Assembly (NCBI GenBank): GCA_038904015.1
Contig: JBCKKZ010000002.1
Coordinates: 8,369 to 72,368 of the forward strand
Direction of reading: 5' to 3'
Source: Burkholderiales bacterium
GTDB taxonomy: Bacteria > Pseudomonadota > Gammaproteobacteria > Burkholderiales > SG8-39
Length of the DNA: 64,000 bases
Every line of letters starts with the position of its first letter. Positions within the stretch are counted from its first letter, which is position 1. This document shows positions 32,549 to 43,305 of this stretch, piece by piece. Made by a program: the position numbers and the translations under genes. The notes under the pieces were generated by a model. That model was not told the DNA's origin. It saw only the letters and a program-made list of their open reading frames with translations, and did not search any database.

Positions 32549-32952
32549 TTTGTCTTGGGGCGCGCTTCGAACCCCGGCTGCGGCTCTCGGCTGGCGCCGG
32601 CTTCCTTGAGCCGCTTGAGATATGCGCTCCACATCTCGTCCTGGTGCAGGCCGAAATCGTAGAGCAGGTCCCACGAATACATGCCGGTTTCGTGACCGTC
32701 GGAGAAGTATGGCTGGATGGCGTAGGTGCCGACCGGCTCGATGCTGTTGATATTGACGTTCTGCTTGCCGACCTGCAGCACTTCCTGCCCTGGCCCGTGC
32801 CCGCGCACTTCCGCGGAGGGCGAATAAACGCGCAGCAGCTCGCAGGGCAGCTGGAACGTCTTGCCATCGGCAAACGAGATCTCGAGCAGGCGCGATTTCT
32901 GGTGCAGCTTGATCTCGGTCGGCTGCGGCACGTCTTTGTTCGGTCCCGCCAT
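32545..32952 (-). CDS. DUF971 protein, copy 2
   Basis: LRVYSPSAEVRGHGPGQEVLQ...FSDGHETGMYSW. Confidence 0.9.
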   Translation of the reverse strand: MAGPNKDVPQPTEIKLHQKSRLLEISFADGKTFQLPCELLRVYSPSAEVRGHGPGQEVLQVGKQNVNINSIEPVGTYAIQPYFSDGHETGMYSWDLLYDFGLHQDEMWSAYLKRLKEAGASREPQPGFEARPKTK

Positions 32953-33031
32953 TGCGGCCCTCCGGAGAGGCCCATCTTAATCGAGCCGACGCAAAACAAA
33001 AACTCTGAAGAGAAAAGGGTCTTCGCGGGGA

Positions 33032-33607
33032 CTACTTGAGGGAACCGTCCGATGCTTCGCGGATGGCGCGCATCGCGAGAAACATCGCGGTGGGCCGCGG
33101 CCGGGCGTCCGACTGGCCGTGGACCGCCTCCATCGAAATGAAACCGTGCTTCGCGTAGAACTCCACCGCGCTGCGTTTCGCGTCCATGCCGGCGCTGCGT
33201 TTCGCGTCCATGCCGGCGCCACGCTTCGCGTCCACCACCACGCCGGCGCAACCGAAGTCGCCGGCCATCCGCGAGGCGAGTTGCAGCACGAAACGAAGCA
33301 GCTGCCCGCCGAGCCCCTGCCCTTGGGCCGGCCCGTCCACCGCCAGTCGCGCAAGGCGCAGGACCGGCAAGGGGTATCGGGGCAGCTTTCGGCGCGCGGC
33401 GGCGGGTAGCCCCTCGATCTCGACATGGCCCGGAGCGACGGTCGCAAACCCGAGAATGCGCTCCTCCTCAACCGCGACGTAGGTCACGCCGACGTAGCGC
33501 CTGAACTGGTTCTGCGCCGCGAAGCGGTGGAAGAAACGGTCCAGATCAGGGTCACCGGAGCGGAACGCGGAGCGCTCGTCCGCCTCGCGCAGCGCCCTAA
33601 TCTGCAT
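33032..33607 (-). CDS. GNAT acetyltransferase (TacT/AtaT-like toxin)
   Basis: FRSGDPDLDRFF, LRLARLAVD, QGQGLG, VVVDAK, FYAKHGF. Confidence 0.8.
   Translation of the reverse strand: MQIRALREADERSAFRSGDPDLDRFFHRFAAQNQFRRYVGVTYVAVEEERILGFATVAPGHVEIEGLPAAARRKLPRYPLPVLRLARLAVDGPAQGQGLGGQLLRFVLQLASRMAGDFGCAGVVVDAKRGAGMDAKRSAGMDAKRSAVEFYAKHGFISMEAVHGQSDARPRPTAMFLAMRAIREASDGSLK
33168..33234. repeat. 24-bp tandem repeat (~2.8 units) inside the GNAT gene
   Basis: GCGCTGCGTTTCGCGTCCATGCCG x2 plus a partial third unit; encodes DAKRGAGM DAKRSAGM DAKRSA. Confidence 0.9.
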
Positions 33608-33723
33608 CGCGCATCAGGTCGCGCAGCGCCTTGGTGGGCTTGCCGGTGCGGGTCTGCTTGAGGATCGCCTCGCCGGACTTGCGCGTCACGACAAGCCTGG
33701 GATGCACCACCACGTCGGCGGGT
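33597..33723 (-). pseudogene. 3' remnant of the GNAT-associated antitoxin
   Basis: ADVVVHPRLVVTRKSGEAILKQ...PTKALRDLMRDAD* overlaps the GNAT start; 5' part replaced. Confidence 0.5.
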
Positions 33724-33734
33724 AACTGCTATCC

Positions 33735-34398
33735 CGACAGCAGGCCTCGCAGCTGCTCGTCGATCAGCTTGCCCTGCGCAGAGCGCGCGCACCGGCTCCG
33801 GAATCCCGCCCTCCGCCTCCGCGTCCCCGTCATACAGCGGAATGCCGCGGATCGAGGCCGTCTCCACCGTAAGCCCCGCCGGCGCCGCCTCAATCGCGGC
33901 GCGCAGCAGCGCAGCGTTAAGCGATCCCCGCCGCGTGCGGCTTGGCGTGATGCGCCGACTCCCTCTTCGAATGCGCCTCGCCGGGCGCGCGATCCCGCAG
34001 GTGCGAAGCGACGGCCTCCGCGCCCTTCAGCTCGTCGATGAGATCGGACAGCTTCATCTCGCCGTTCGAGTCCGCATTTTCAAACGCCTTTCACCTGGTG
34101 ACTCAGCTTCTTGAGCCTCGCGAAAGACATCGTGCCGTACTTCCGCGCCGCATCCAGCAGGCAGGCCATGTCCGATCTGCTGAGCAAATCGGTTTCCACC
34201 GCCCCTCTCGCGCTCAGATAGTGATCGTTGACTTCCAGAAGCTCGAACGCCTCCGGAAACTGCAAATCCCACTTGGCGCGCCCATTCGCATACTTGACGA
34301 TTTCGTACGCGCCGCTCGGCACCGGGCCGTGCTCAAGCGCGTTGAACGTGTCACCGTAAATCTGGCGCCCGTATTCCTGCAGGTGTTTTCGGTCGGCA
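33735..34398 (-). pseudogene. Deleted duplicate of the FMN reductase and Panacea genes
   Basis: Near-identical blocks to ~43877-43923, ~44205-44350 and ~44835-45300. Confidence 0.85.
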
Positions 34399-34417
34399 TT
34401 CAATCGGTCTTGGCCGC

Positions 34418-35422
34418 TCATTTGAGGACGTAGCGGCCATGCTTCAATGTACCCACCCGTTCGATCAGCCGGGCCTCGAGCAGCGGACGGATTAAATCCA
34501 TCGCCCCCTGCTTGGAAATCGCGAGGCCGTCCCAGATTTCGCGCGGACTGAGACTGCCGCGCGCCCGCAGCAATTGCAGCAGTTGCTCCTGCTTCGGCCG
34601 CAGCACCAGCTTGGCGCGGCCCGTGGACGCCGAGAGCCGCTGGATGCGCTGCCACACCCGCTCCAGCGTTTGCTGCAATCCCTCCGCGGCGTATTCCAGC
34701 CACGAGGTCAAGTCTTCCCCGTGCTTGCGCACCGCCTCGAGCGCCGCGTAATAGCGCGGCCGATCCTCCCAGTAAAACTCATCCACCGAAAAGATGTGGT
34801 GCGAATCGAACCCGCGCCGGTAAAGCTCCCACAATGCCAGCGCCCGGCCGCTGCGTCCGTTGCCGTCGGCGAACGGATGGATCGCCTCGAACCGGTAATG
34901 CACGATGGCCGAACTCAACACCGGCGACAGCTCCCGCGATTTCGTGTTCCACCACTCCAGCAACTCGAGCATCAGGCCCGGCACCTGCGCCGGCGGCGGC
35001 GGCACGTGCGGACCAACCCGCACCCGGATCGTCCGGTAACGGCCCGCCTCGCCCTGGTCCATGACCCGGCCGGCGATGATGGCGTGAAGCCGAAGAATAT
35101 CCTCGTGCGCAAGGCGCTTCTTCGCCGCGCGCTTCTCGACATGACGCAGCGCGGCAAAGTAGTTCAGCACTTCGCGGCGCGCGTGCGAGGGCACCGCCGC
35201 CAACTCCGGATTGGCTTCCACCGCCCGCACCTGTTCCAGCGTGAGCGGGTTGCCCTCGATGGCGGTGGACGAGTGGGTGTTGCGCGCGCGCGTGTCCTTC
35301 TGCAACGCCGGAATCCACGCCACCTGCACCGCCGCGCCCTGGATGCGTTCGCGCAGCGCGGCAATGGCCTCCACCCGCGCCAGCAACGCGGGCCTGATCG
35401 TGAACCGCGGCCGGTAACTCAT
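34418..35422 (-). CDS. Fic-family protein with C-terminal HTH
   Basis: SSTAIEGN; IHPFADGNGRSGR Fic motif. Confidence 0.9.
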   Translation of the reverse strand: MSYRPRFTIRPALLARVEAIAALRERIQGAAVQVAWIPALQKDTRARNTHSSTAIEGNPLTLEQVRAVEANPELAAVPSHARREVLNYFAALRHVEKRAAKKRLAHEDILRLHAIIAGRVMDQGEAGRYRTIRVRVGPHVPPPPAQVPGLMLELLEWWNTKSRELSPVLSSAIVHYRFEAIHPFADGNGRSGRALALWELYRRGFDSHHIFSVDEFYWEDRPRYYAALEAVRKHGEDLTSWLEYAAEGLQQTLERVWQRIQRLSASTGRAKLVLRPKQEQLLQLLRARGSLSPREIWDGLAISKQGAMDLIRPLLEARLIERVGTLKHGRYVLK

Positions 35423-35477
35423 GGCGCAGATCTTACCAGTCGGTCAAGCGTCGGTCAAGTTATGGGTCAAGCTGTTT

Positions 35478-35633
35478 TCAGCGCCGGCCGCCCAGGATCT
35501 TCATGAACGTCGACTTGCCGCAACCGTTCGCGCCGATCAGGCCATAGCGGTTGCCGCCGCCGAATTTCACGACGACGTTCGAGAACAGGGCCCGAGCCCC
35601 GAACTGCATGGCAATGCCGGAGGCGACGATCAC
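35478..35633 (-). pseudogene. ABC-F ATPase (YbiT-like) 5' fragment
   Basis: [41 protein letters not shown] then stop. Confidence 0.75.
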
Positions 35634-35879
35634 TTGAGAGGTTCCAGAAACTAGAAAGCCGGCCGCAGCCAGCTTGGATTGGGTCTACCTGCGAGGGCGC
35701 ATTGTAGCAGCGTCGCCCGCTACAGCCATGCGCCCGCAATCGGGTAACCGCCTAGATCACCACCGGCTCCAGTTGGCCGCGTGGCGATCGCGCACCTACC
35801 CTCCGGCGATTGACGATCGAGCGGGATATGCGTGAATCGACAGCCGTCGAACACCGTTTCGCGCAGCACCCAGCGGTAC

Positions 35880-36041
35880 TCGTGGCGTGCGCCGTGCTCC
35901 GTAAACACCCACGGCCGACTTCGAGGATCCCTGTGCTGCTGGGAACCGGTCCTGATTGCGCCTGAATCCCTCATTGAAGCGTCTGGTGGTCGTACCGTAC
36001 AACCGTGCCAGATCGGCATCCAGCATGACCTGAGAATACAA
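35880..36041 (-). pseudogene. ORF6N-domain DNA-binding protein remnant
   Basis: QVMLDADLARLYGTTTRRFNE...RRNQDRFP, with RPWVFTEHGA in another frame. Confidence 0.65.
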
Positions 36042-36058
36042 TGCTTACACTTCCTGAC

Positions 36059-38296
36059 ATGGGTGTCGCGGAATTGTCCATGGTGATGCAGGGTTCTTCG
36101 GCGTTCGATGCGCTGCTGACGCAGTGCCGGGACCTCGCGTGCACGCAACTGGACGCGGCGGTCGCCGGCATGCTCAAAAAGACCGACGAAGCGCTCTCGG
36201 AACTGGCCACCAAGACTCAGGATCGCGAAATCCAGAAGCACTACCTGGAAGCGAAGGAGCTGGCGCGCGCCAAGTGCGCGGACTTCGAGAAGCTGTTCCA
36301 CTCGCGCTTCCTGGGTGAATTCCAGCAGCGCACCACCAAGGTGAAGAAGATCGGCGGCAGCTTTTCCGACGCTGACTTCTCCTCGCTCGAGCTCTCGCTG
36401 GTGGCGGACGACGACCTGGACGAAACGCTCAAGTTCAACGAAATGGCGGCCAAGATCCACCGCATCTGCGAAGAGGAGATCAACGCGCTCGACCAGCGCG
36501 TGGGCGTGCTGATCGGCGACGCCGACCTGCAGTCGGAGGACAACCCGTTCAGCCCGCAGGCGATCTGCGACGCCTACAAGAAGACCTGCCGCGAGCTGAT
36601 CGAGAGCCTCGAGTTGCGGGCGATTTTCCTGCGCCTCTTCGACGACCACGTGCTCGACGCCGTCCGCGCGGTCTACAAGGCGGTGAACGAGCTCCTGGTG
36701 CAGAACTCGATCCTGCCGAAGATCCGCTATGGCGCCCCGCGCAAGAACAAAAAGCCCCCGCGCAAGAAAAAGGACAAGGACGGCGTCGAAACCGACGAGG
36801 ACGGGGACACCGCCCAGGACATGTTCGCCGCCCTGCAGAAGCTGATGGCCTCCGCCGCCGGCGGGATGGCTGGCGGCGCGCCGGGCTCGGGCACGGGCGT
36901 CGGCGGCGGCCCGGTGCTGCAGGGCGCGGAGCTGCTCGGTTCGCTCACCCAGCTGCAGCTCGACGGCCTCGCGGCCCTGGGCGCGGGCGCGACGCTGCCC
37001 ACCGGCGAAGGCGGCGGCGCGACGAACATCCTGCACGAGCTGAAGGCTTCCAGCGTCGGTTCGAGCATGGGCCAGATGGACGCGATGACGCTGGACATCG
37101 TCGCCCGGCTTTTCGATCAGCTCTTCGACGACCCGAAGATCCCGCTCGGCGCCAAGGGCCTCATCGGCCGCCTGCAGATCCCGATGCTCAAGGTGGCGAT
37201 CACCGACAAGGACCTCTTTTCCAAGAAGACCCATCCGGCGCGCCTGCTGCTCGACACCCTGGCCGAGATCGCCATCCGCCTGCCCGCCGACTTCAACACC
37301 AAAAGCATGCTGTTCGGCCACCTCGAGACCATCCTGCAGGAGCTGGTGAGCGGCTACAAGGACGACGTCGAGATCTTCGGCACCATCCGCGAATCGCTGA
37401 TCGTGCTCATCAAGCGCGAGGACGAGCGCATCGAGGCCGATTCGAAGGCGGCCGCCGAGCGCGTCCTCCAGGAGGAGGCGCTCGCGGTCGCCAAGACCGC
37501 GGCGCAGGCCGCCGTCAGCGAGCGCGTGCAGGCGCAGCCGCTGCCCGGCCCGGTGCTGGAGTTCATCATCGAGCAGTGGCTCAAGCTGATGATGCTCATC
37601 CACGTCAGGCGCGGCCCGGCGAGCGAGGCCTGGAAAAACGCCATCGAGGCGATGGACCAGCTCATCTGGAGCGTGCAGCCCAAGGAGACCAACGAAGACC
37701 GCCGCAAGCTCGCCACCATCGTGCCGCCGCTGCTCAAGCGCATTACCGCAGGGCTGGAAGTCGCCGGGATCGAGCACGAAATCCGCGAGTTCTTCTTCGC
37801 CGAGTTGATGAAGCTGCACACCAAGATCATGAGCACCCCCCCGAAGGGCGCCGCCGCGGAGCCTGCAGCGCCGAAGGCCCCGGCCGCGGCGCCCGACTTC
37901 ACCAAGAGCGTCACGATCAGGAACCCCTTCGGCGCCGGCGAGGTGCAGGTGAGCGGGCTGGACATCGATCCGGAGGAAACGGCGCTGCCCGTGTCGCGCC
38001 ATGCCCTCGACCCCGACGCCCTCACGGTGGGCGACTGGTTCGAATGGAAGGAAGGGCCCGCCGAAGAACCAATAGTCCGGCCGGTCCGGCTGATCTTCAT
38101 GACCCCGCGCAAGACCCGCTACATCTTCCGCGACCGCAGCGAAAAAGACTACATCGAGTGCACCCGCAACGAAGTCGTCCGCCGCCTGCGCAGCGGCGAG
38201 GCCGTGCTCATGGAAGAAGAGCCCGAAGTGCCGTTCTTCGAGCGCATCATGGGCGGCGTCATTAGCAAGATGCGCGGCGCCACAACGCCGGCGTAG
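36059..38296 (+). CDS. DUF1631-family protein
   Basis: LSLVADDDLDE, NPFSPQAI, IGRLQIPMLKVAI, HPARLLLD, MDQLIWSVQPK; start uncertain (36041-36086). Confidence 0.8.
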   Translation: MGVAELSMVMQGSSAFDALLTQCRDLACTQLDAAVAGMLKKTDEALSELATKTQDREIQKHYLEAKELARAKCADFEKLFHSRFLGEFQQRTTKVKKIGGSFSDADFSSLELSLVADDDLDETLKFNEMAAKIHRICEEEINALDQRVGVLIGDADLQSEDNPFSPQAICDAYKKTCRELIESLELRAIFLRLFDDHVLDAVRAVYKAVNELLVQNSILPKIRYGAPRKNKKPPRKKKDKDGVETDEDGDTAQDMFAALQKLMASAAGGMAGGAPGSGTGVGGGPVLQGAELLGSLTQLQLDGLAALGAGATLPTGEGGGATNILHELKASSVGSSMGQMDAMTLDIVARLFDQLFDDPKIPLGAKGLIGRLQIPMLKVAITDKDLFSKKTHPARLLLDTLAEIAIRLPADFNTKSMLFGHLETILQELVSGYKDDVEIFGTIRESLIVLIKREDERIEADSKAAAERVLQEEALAVAKTAAQAAVSERVQAQPLPGPVLEFIIEQWLKLMMLIHVRRGPASEAWKNAIEAMDQLIWSVQPKETNEDRRKLATIVPPLLKRITAGLEVAGIEHEIREFFFAELMKLHTKIMSTPPKGAAAEPAAPKAPAAAPDFTKSVTIRNPFGAGEVQVSGLDIDPEETALPVSRHALDPDALTVGDWFEWKEGPAEEPIVRPVRLIFMTPRKTRYIFRDRSEKDYIECTRNEVVRRLRSGEAVLMEEEPEVPFFERIMGGVISKMRGATTPA

Positions 38297-38308
38297 TCGC
38301 GCTCAGCG

Positions 38309-41052
38309 CTATTGGGTCTGGATGCCCGCGGCGGCAAACACGCTGCCGCCATCGCCCTGATACGCCTCGTAGACGTGCTCGAACAACACTTCCGACTTCT
38401 TGGCGTATAGCTCCTTCGTATACGCGCGCGGCAGCCCTTCGTCGAGCGTGTCCTCAATGGCGATACGTATCCTGGCGCGCGATTGAATCTTTTGCCGCCA
38501 TCCAAGCACAAGCAGCACATTGAGTCTGTTCAGCAGTTGTCGCGCGACTTTCTTTACTTCTTCCCGTTCCTCCGCCGACAGTCCCGGCCCCGGCCTTGTG
38601 AGGATGTCGAAGATCGTCAGTTCCTCCTCCCTCAGGTGCTCGCGCACGTGTCGATCCTGCTCCTCGGTAAGAACCCGCGTTAGCGCGAGCAAGTCCTTGA
38701 ATATCTCCTCGATATTCCGGCTGCCGTTGTTGTAAGCCTCGATCAGTGCCTCGAATTTCTCCAGGTAATCTGCCCGCGTGCGATTGAGCCGCTCCAGGTC
38801 ACTGCTGGTCGGCTTCTTTTTCTCGAAACGCTTCGCCAGCTTCTCGAAGTCGATCTTCGAGAGGTCGAGGCCCTGGAACCCGGCGCCCTTCTCCTTGATC
38901 TTGAACGGCTCGGCGCCGATCGAGCGGTCGAGCAACTCCTGTATGCCCTTCATCACGCTCGAAATGTCGGGCGGGTCCGTGCGATTGCGTATGTAGTCGG
39001 CAAGCGCTCGGATCGAGCCACAGCGCGTAGCGAACTCGACAGCTACGGGGTCCGGTTTCACCGCACCGTAGAGCGCATCCACTAGCCGCGCCCGCGCGAG
39101 GAAATCCCGCTTCACCGCTTCCGGGTTCAGCAGCCGGTTCGCGCCGTCCTCAACCGCCTGCGCCCGCTCGAACTTCTCGGCTGACGTGCCTTCAATCTTG
39201 GCGAGGTCCACGCCGCGCGCCTTGCAGAACGCCGTCGCATCGGCCACGGCCTGGCGCAATTCCGCCACCAACGCCTTCTTGTCCTTGACCGGCAGCGAAC
39301 CACCCTTGCCCTGGGCGTAGATCGCGAGCGCCCGTTCCAGCGACGCGAACACGTTCGCGTAGTCCACGATCGCGCCGCTGTGCTTGCCCGGAAACACCCG
39401 GTTCGCGCGCGCGATGGTCTGCATGAGGGTGTGGTTGCGCATCGGCTTGTCGAGGTACACGGTCGAGCAGCTCGGCGCGTCGAATCCCGTCAGCCACATG
39501 GCGCAGAGGAACACCAGGCGCAGCGGGTCGGTCGGGTCCTTGAACTTCTCGTCCAGTTCCTGCTCGTTCATGCGCTTGCGGTGCGGCACGATGTCGAGGC
39601 CGAGGGACTTCATCTGCTCGATCTCGTTCTGGCCGGGCGACACCACCACCGCCATGTCCGGCCTGTCCAGCCCCGGCCAGTGCTTGCGCACCTTGTCGTG
39701 CATCCTGAGCGCGGTGGCCTTGTCGATGGACACCACCATCGCCTTTCCCTGGAAGCCCCGGCCCGCGAAATGCCGGGCGATGTCCTGCGCCACCGTGTCC
39801 AGCCGGTCGTCGCGCGTGATGAGGTGGTACTGGCGCGACAGCTCCCTCTCCAGCCGGGCTTCCTGTTCCGAGTCCAGTTGCGCCTGCTCGATCAGGTCGT
39901 AGACCTCGTCGTTAAGGTCCGGATTGACGAGCTGCAGTTCGGGCGTGCGGTTCTCGTAGTAGAGCGGCACCGTGGCGCCGTCCTCGATCGACTGCTGGAA
40001 GTCGTAGATCGAGACGTAGTCGCCGAACACGTCGCGCGTCTTCTCCTCGCCCGCGATCAGCGGCGTGCCGGTGAAGGCGAGGAACATCGCCTTCGGCATC
40101 GCCGCGCGCATATTCATCGCCAGCGTGTCGTACTGGCTGCGGTGCGCCTCATCCGTCAGCACGATCACGTCCGCCCGGTCGCACAGCATCTCGGGCGTCT
40201 GGAACTTGTGGATCAGCGTGAATACGTAGCGGTGGTTCTCGGCCAGGAGCTGGCGCAGCTCCGCGCCGCTGCCGGCGTGGCAGGCGTCGCCCTCCGCCTC
40301 GCTCACCGCGCCGCAGGTCTTGAAGGTCTTGGCGATCTGGTCGTCCAGCTCCACGCGGTCGGTTACCACCACGAAGGTCCAGTTGCCCGGCACCTTGCGC
40401 AGGATCTTCTGCGCGAAGAACACCATCGAGAAGCTCTTGCCGCTGCCCTGCGTCTGCCAGAACACCCCGCCGCGGCCGTGCCCCGCCTTGCGCGCCTCCA
40501 GCGTCGCGGCGATGGCGTTGTTCACCCAGCGACACCCGGCTTCTTCAGCTCGATCACCACCCACGGCAGCCCATTCACGAACCCGATCAGGTCCGGCCGG
40601 CACGTATAGAGCTGCCCCGTGACCGTCATCTGCGAGACCAGCAGGAAATCGTTCGCCGCGGGATTCTCCCAATCCACCACCCGCACCCGCTCGTCCCGCA
40701 TCTCATCCCTCGTGCCGCCGCGCTCCCGGTCCGGCACCGTCACCTTCACGCCATCCTTCAGCAGCGCCCATACCTCCCGGTTCGCACCGGCAAGGGTCAT
40801 CGCCGACCGATCGCGCGTTAGCTCATCCACCGCGCTTGCGATTGCTTCGGTCGGGAGCTTCAGATTTAGCTTCTCCATCGCCGCGCGCCATCGCGGCGCC
40901 AGCACAACCTCGCCCGAAGTTTCGCGCCCGAGCGTGCCGCTCGGCCCGAACACTTCCTCCATCGCCGTCACCGTCTGCCAGCCAAGCTCGCCGAACAGCG
41001 CGATGGCGGGCTGCTCGACGAGCTGGTCTTCGGTGTAGGCGCGGGCGGTCAC
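38309..41052 (-). pseudogene. hsdR: Type I restriction endonuclease subunit R, frameshifted with internal deletion
   Basis: RPDLIGFVNGLPWVVIELKKPG jumps in another frame to WQTQGSGKS; DEAHRSQY; MWLTGFDAP; QTIARANR. Confidence 0.85.
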
Positions 41053-41102
41053 GTCATTTCAGGGTGGCGGCCTTCGGGAGAAATGCCACGATCTGCCAAC
41101 GG

Positions 41103-41558
41103 TCACTTCGACTCGCGCTTCGACCCACGTTCCGCTTCCCAGCCTTTGCAGGCCAGGGCGATATAACGTGGTACGGGCCGGCTGCCGGAGCCATAGGCGC
41201 TCATCGTGCGTGGGGTCATTCCGAGCACCTTGGCAGCTGCCGAGAGTGAAAGGCCGTGACGGGCGCGCCATTGCGCAAACAGCCGCGTATTTTCGTCGCG
41301 CGCATTCTGCGCCTGCGCGTCCAGCCAAAGCGTGTCCGCCCCGATCTGGATGTCGAGGGCTGGCCATTCCACGGTCCAGCCCTCGCCCTCGACGACGAGC
41401 GCCTTGGCGAACGCCTTGGGGTTGCGCAAGGGCGCAAGCGCCGGAAATCTATCGAACTCGCCGGCAAGCGACACCGTGTACATGCTGCCGTCGACAAAGG
41501 TCAGCCGCAGCCGGTGGCCGGAAAGTGCCTTGACGGCAGCAAGCCGCGGGCGTTTCAT
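41103..41558 (-). CDS. DUF2442 + HTH antitoxin
   Basis: RLRLTFVDG...VEWPALDIQIGADTL plus C-terminal HTH. Confidence 0.75.
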   Translation of the reverse strand: MKRPRLAAVKALSGHRLRLTFVDGSMYTVSLAGEFDRFPALAPLRNPKAFAKALVVEGEGWTVEWPALDIQIGADTLWLDAQAQNARDENTRLFAQWRARHGLSLSAAAKVLGMTPRTMSAYGSGSRPVPRYIALACKGWEAERGSKRESK

Positions 41559-41665
41559 CGTTGCCATGATTTCCACTCCTTAATCAGATGAACATGCATC
41601 GGTTCGTGGTCCTTCTCGCGCAGTTGCAACCGGTATTTGTTGCGAAAGCGCTTTTTCGACGTCAT
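41555..41665 (-). pseudogene. DUF4160-type toxin with in-frame internal deletion (36 aa)
   Basis: MTSKKRFRNKYRLQLREKDHEPMHVHL|IKEWKSWQR*. Confidence 0.7.
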
Positions 41666-41810
41666 GGCGGCATGATATAGAAATTATTTCTATATATCAA
41701 ACCACCCAGGGTTCAGCGATGCCTCGGGCGGTCAAGACATCCGGCCACCGTCCGCGAACGCCGAGCCCGCCGGTGAAGGGATTACGAATTACTCAATACG
41801 CTAAGCAAAT

Positions 41811-41987
41811 TTACTCAACGTCCTGAGTAAACCGGAAACGCCTTGAACCATCGAGATTGAAAAGGACCGCGTCGAACAGCAATTCGTCCGCGGTAAAAGC
41901 GTCGAGCGACCGGCCCTTCAGGAAGCGCTCGATCTTCTCCGCGCTGTCAATCAGATCGTCGAGGTAGAGCAGCCAGTCACGCGACAC
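41811..41987 (-). pseudogene. HepT/DUF86 HEPN toxin, truncated
   Basis: MSRDWLLYLDDLIDSAEKIERF...FDAVLFNL then unrelated sequence; no RxxxxH. Confidence 0.75.
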
Positions 41988-42276
41988 CGACCAGGTCCTT
42001 TTCCACGTTCCGCCGCGCCCGGGGTTTGAGACCCCGCTCGGTCACGAGGTCCACCGGCCGGCCGAGCAGCGCCTCGAGATGATCCTTCAGGCCGAAGTAG
42101 CCGTCGAAAGTCGCCGCTCCCTCGAATTCCACCAGGAGGTCGATGTCGCTGCCGTCGCGCAACTCATCGCGCGCCGCGGAACCGAACAGCCCCAGGCGCT
42201 TCACCGCGAAGCGCGCGGCCAGCTCCTGCCGGCGTTCCGCCAGCAGCGCGAGGATCTGTTTTCGGTTCATGGTCAT
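41977..42276 (-). CDS. MntA-type minimal nucleotidyltransferase antitoxin
   Basis: LFGSAARDE...SDIDLLVEF...LLGRPVDLVT. Confidence 0.88.
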   Translation of the reverse strand: MTMNRKQILALLAERRQELAARFAVKRLGLFGSAARDELRDGSDIDLLVEFEGAATFDGYFGLKDHLEALLGRPVDLVTERGLKPRARRNVEKDLVGVA

Positions 42277-42330
42277 GGCGTGTTCCGGGGGAGTTTAACC
42301 CTTGCCGCCCCGCCTTGCCTGAGGCCGCAG

Positions 42331-42846
42331 TCACGCGGGCGCGAGCCGCGCCACCTGCTCGCGCATCGCCCGCGCCGGCCAGAGCGGCTTCCCGTTCGCC
42401 ATCACCGAACGCTCGTTGAGGTGGCGCGACGCCAGCAGCGCGTCAACATCCATGACGTGGTCTTCGCGCGAGACGTACGCCCCCAGGTCCCATTGGGCGA
42501 TGTTCATCGTGCCGAGCACCGAGCGGTCGGTCTTCGCGTCGTAGCGTGCAGGCCCGAGCGCGATTCCCGCCCTCGCGACGACCGGATCGGCGATGCCTTC
42601 CTTGACCAGCGAGGCGAGGAACAACTCCCGATGCCAGCGTCCCAGCTCCGCGAGCTGCGGCGCGCGCAGTCCCGGCAGGAACAGGCAGTAGCGCGTCGCA
42701 TCGTGGCAGAAGAGCACGCACTGGCGGCGCTCGAACCGCACCAAGCTCGCGTGCCAGCTTCCCAGGGCGCCGGTCTCAGCGATCGGCGTGCCCGATACGC
42801 CGGAGAGCTTCCGCGCGAGCTTGCGGGTGCAGTGAAAGACGGCCAC
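42331..42846 (-). CDS. DUF6933-like hypothetical protein
   Basis: HCTRKL...LGSWHA...CVLFCHDATRY...TDRSVLGTMN. Confidence 0.6.
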   Translation of the reverse strand: MAVFHCTRKLARKLSGVSGTPIAETGALGSWHASLVRFERRQCVLFCHDATRYCLFLPGLRAPQLAELGRWHRELFLASLVKEGIADPVVARAGIALGPARYDAKTDRSVLGTMNIAQWDLGAYVSREDHVMDVDALLASRHLNERSVMANGKPLWPARAMREQVARLAPA

Positions 42847-42963
42847 TCAGCGGCTGGGCAGCCTGCCGGAGGCGCGTTCGCTTCGCAGGAAGTCACCGGG
42901 TTTCAGTATCGCGAGCCCATAGCAAGCGGCCAGCAGCACGCTTGAATCCAGAAAAACGTTCAC
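42847..42963 (-). pseudogene. PIN-domain toxin with in-frame internal deletion (38 aa)
   Basis: MNVFLDSSVLLAAC|YGLAILKPGDFLRSER; overlaps the upstream small gene's stop. Confidence 0.65.
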
Positions 42964-43160
42964 GCCCCGCCGCGGTACCCGGCGAGATCGCGCTCATCCT
43001 CCTTGATCCAGGCGTCCATCTCAGCGGACGTGAAACTGCGCGGCGCGGGCAAAGGGCGCCCTTCCTCGCGCAGGCTCGCCGCGAGCGACAGCAGCAAGCG
43101 CCGGCGCTCCTCGGCGCTGAGACGCCGTGCGGCAGATTCGATTTCCAGAAAATTTCCCAT
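42960..43160 (-). CDS. Small putative antitoxin (66 aa)
   Basis: MGNFLEIESAARRLSAEERRRLL...EMDAWIKEDE; coupled to the PIN remnant. Confidence 0.55.
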   Translation of the reverse strand: MGNFLEIESAARRLSAEERRRLLLSLAASLREEGRPLPAPRSFTSAEMDAWIKEDERDLAGYRGGA

Positions 43161-43305
43161 AGCTGCAAGGCTACACCTCGAACCCGGCCTAGACAATGCG
43201 GCCGCCTTCCTGCCGCGCATGGTGAATTCGGCGTCGGAATGAAGCCGCGCGATCGCGCGCCGCTCCTCCGGCGAATGATGCTCGAGCGCAATGTGCGTGA
43301 ATCCC

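Noticed and set aside
33168-33234. Possible CRISPR-like repeats
   Set aside because: Tandem 24-bp units without spacers inside a CDS; no cas genes
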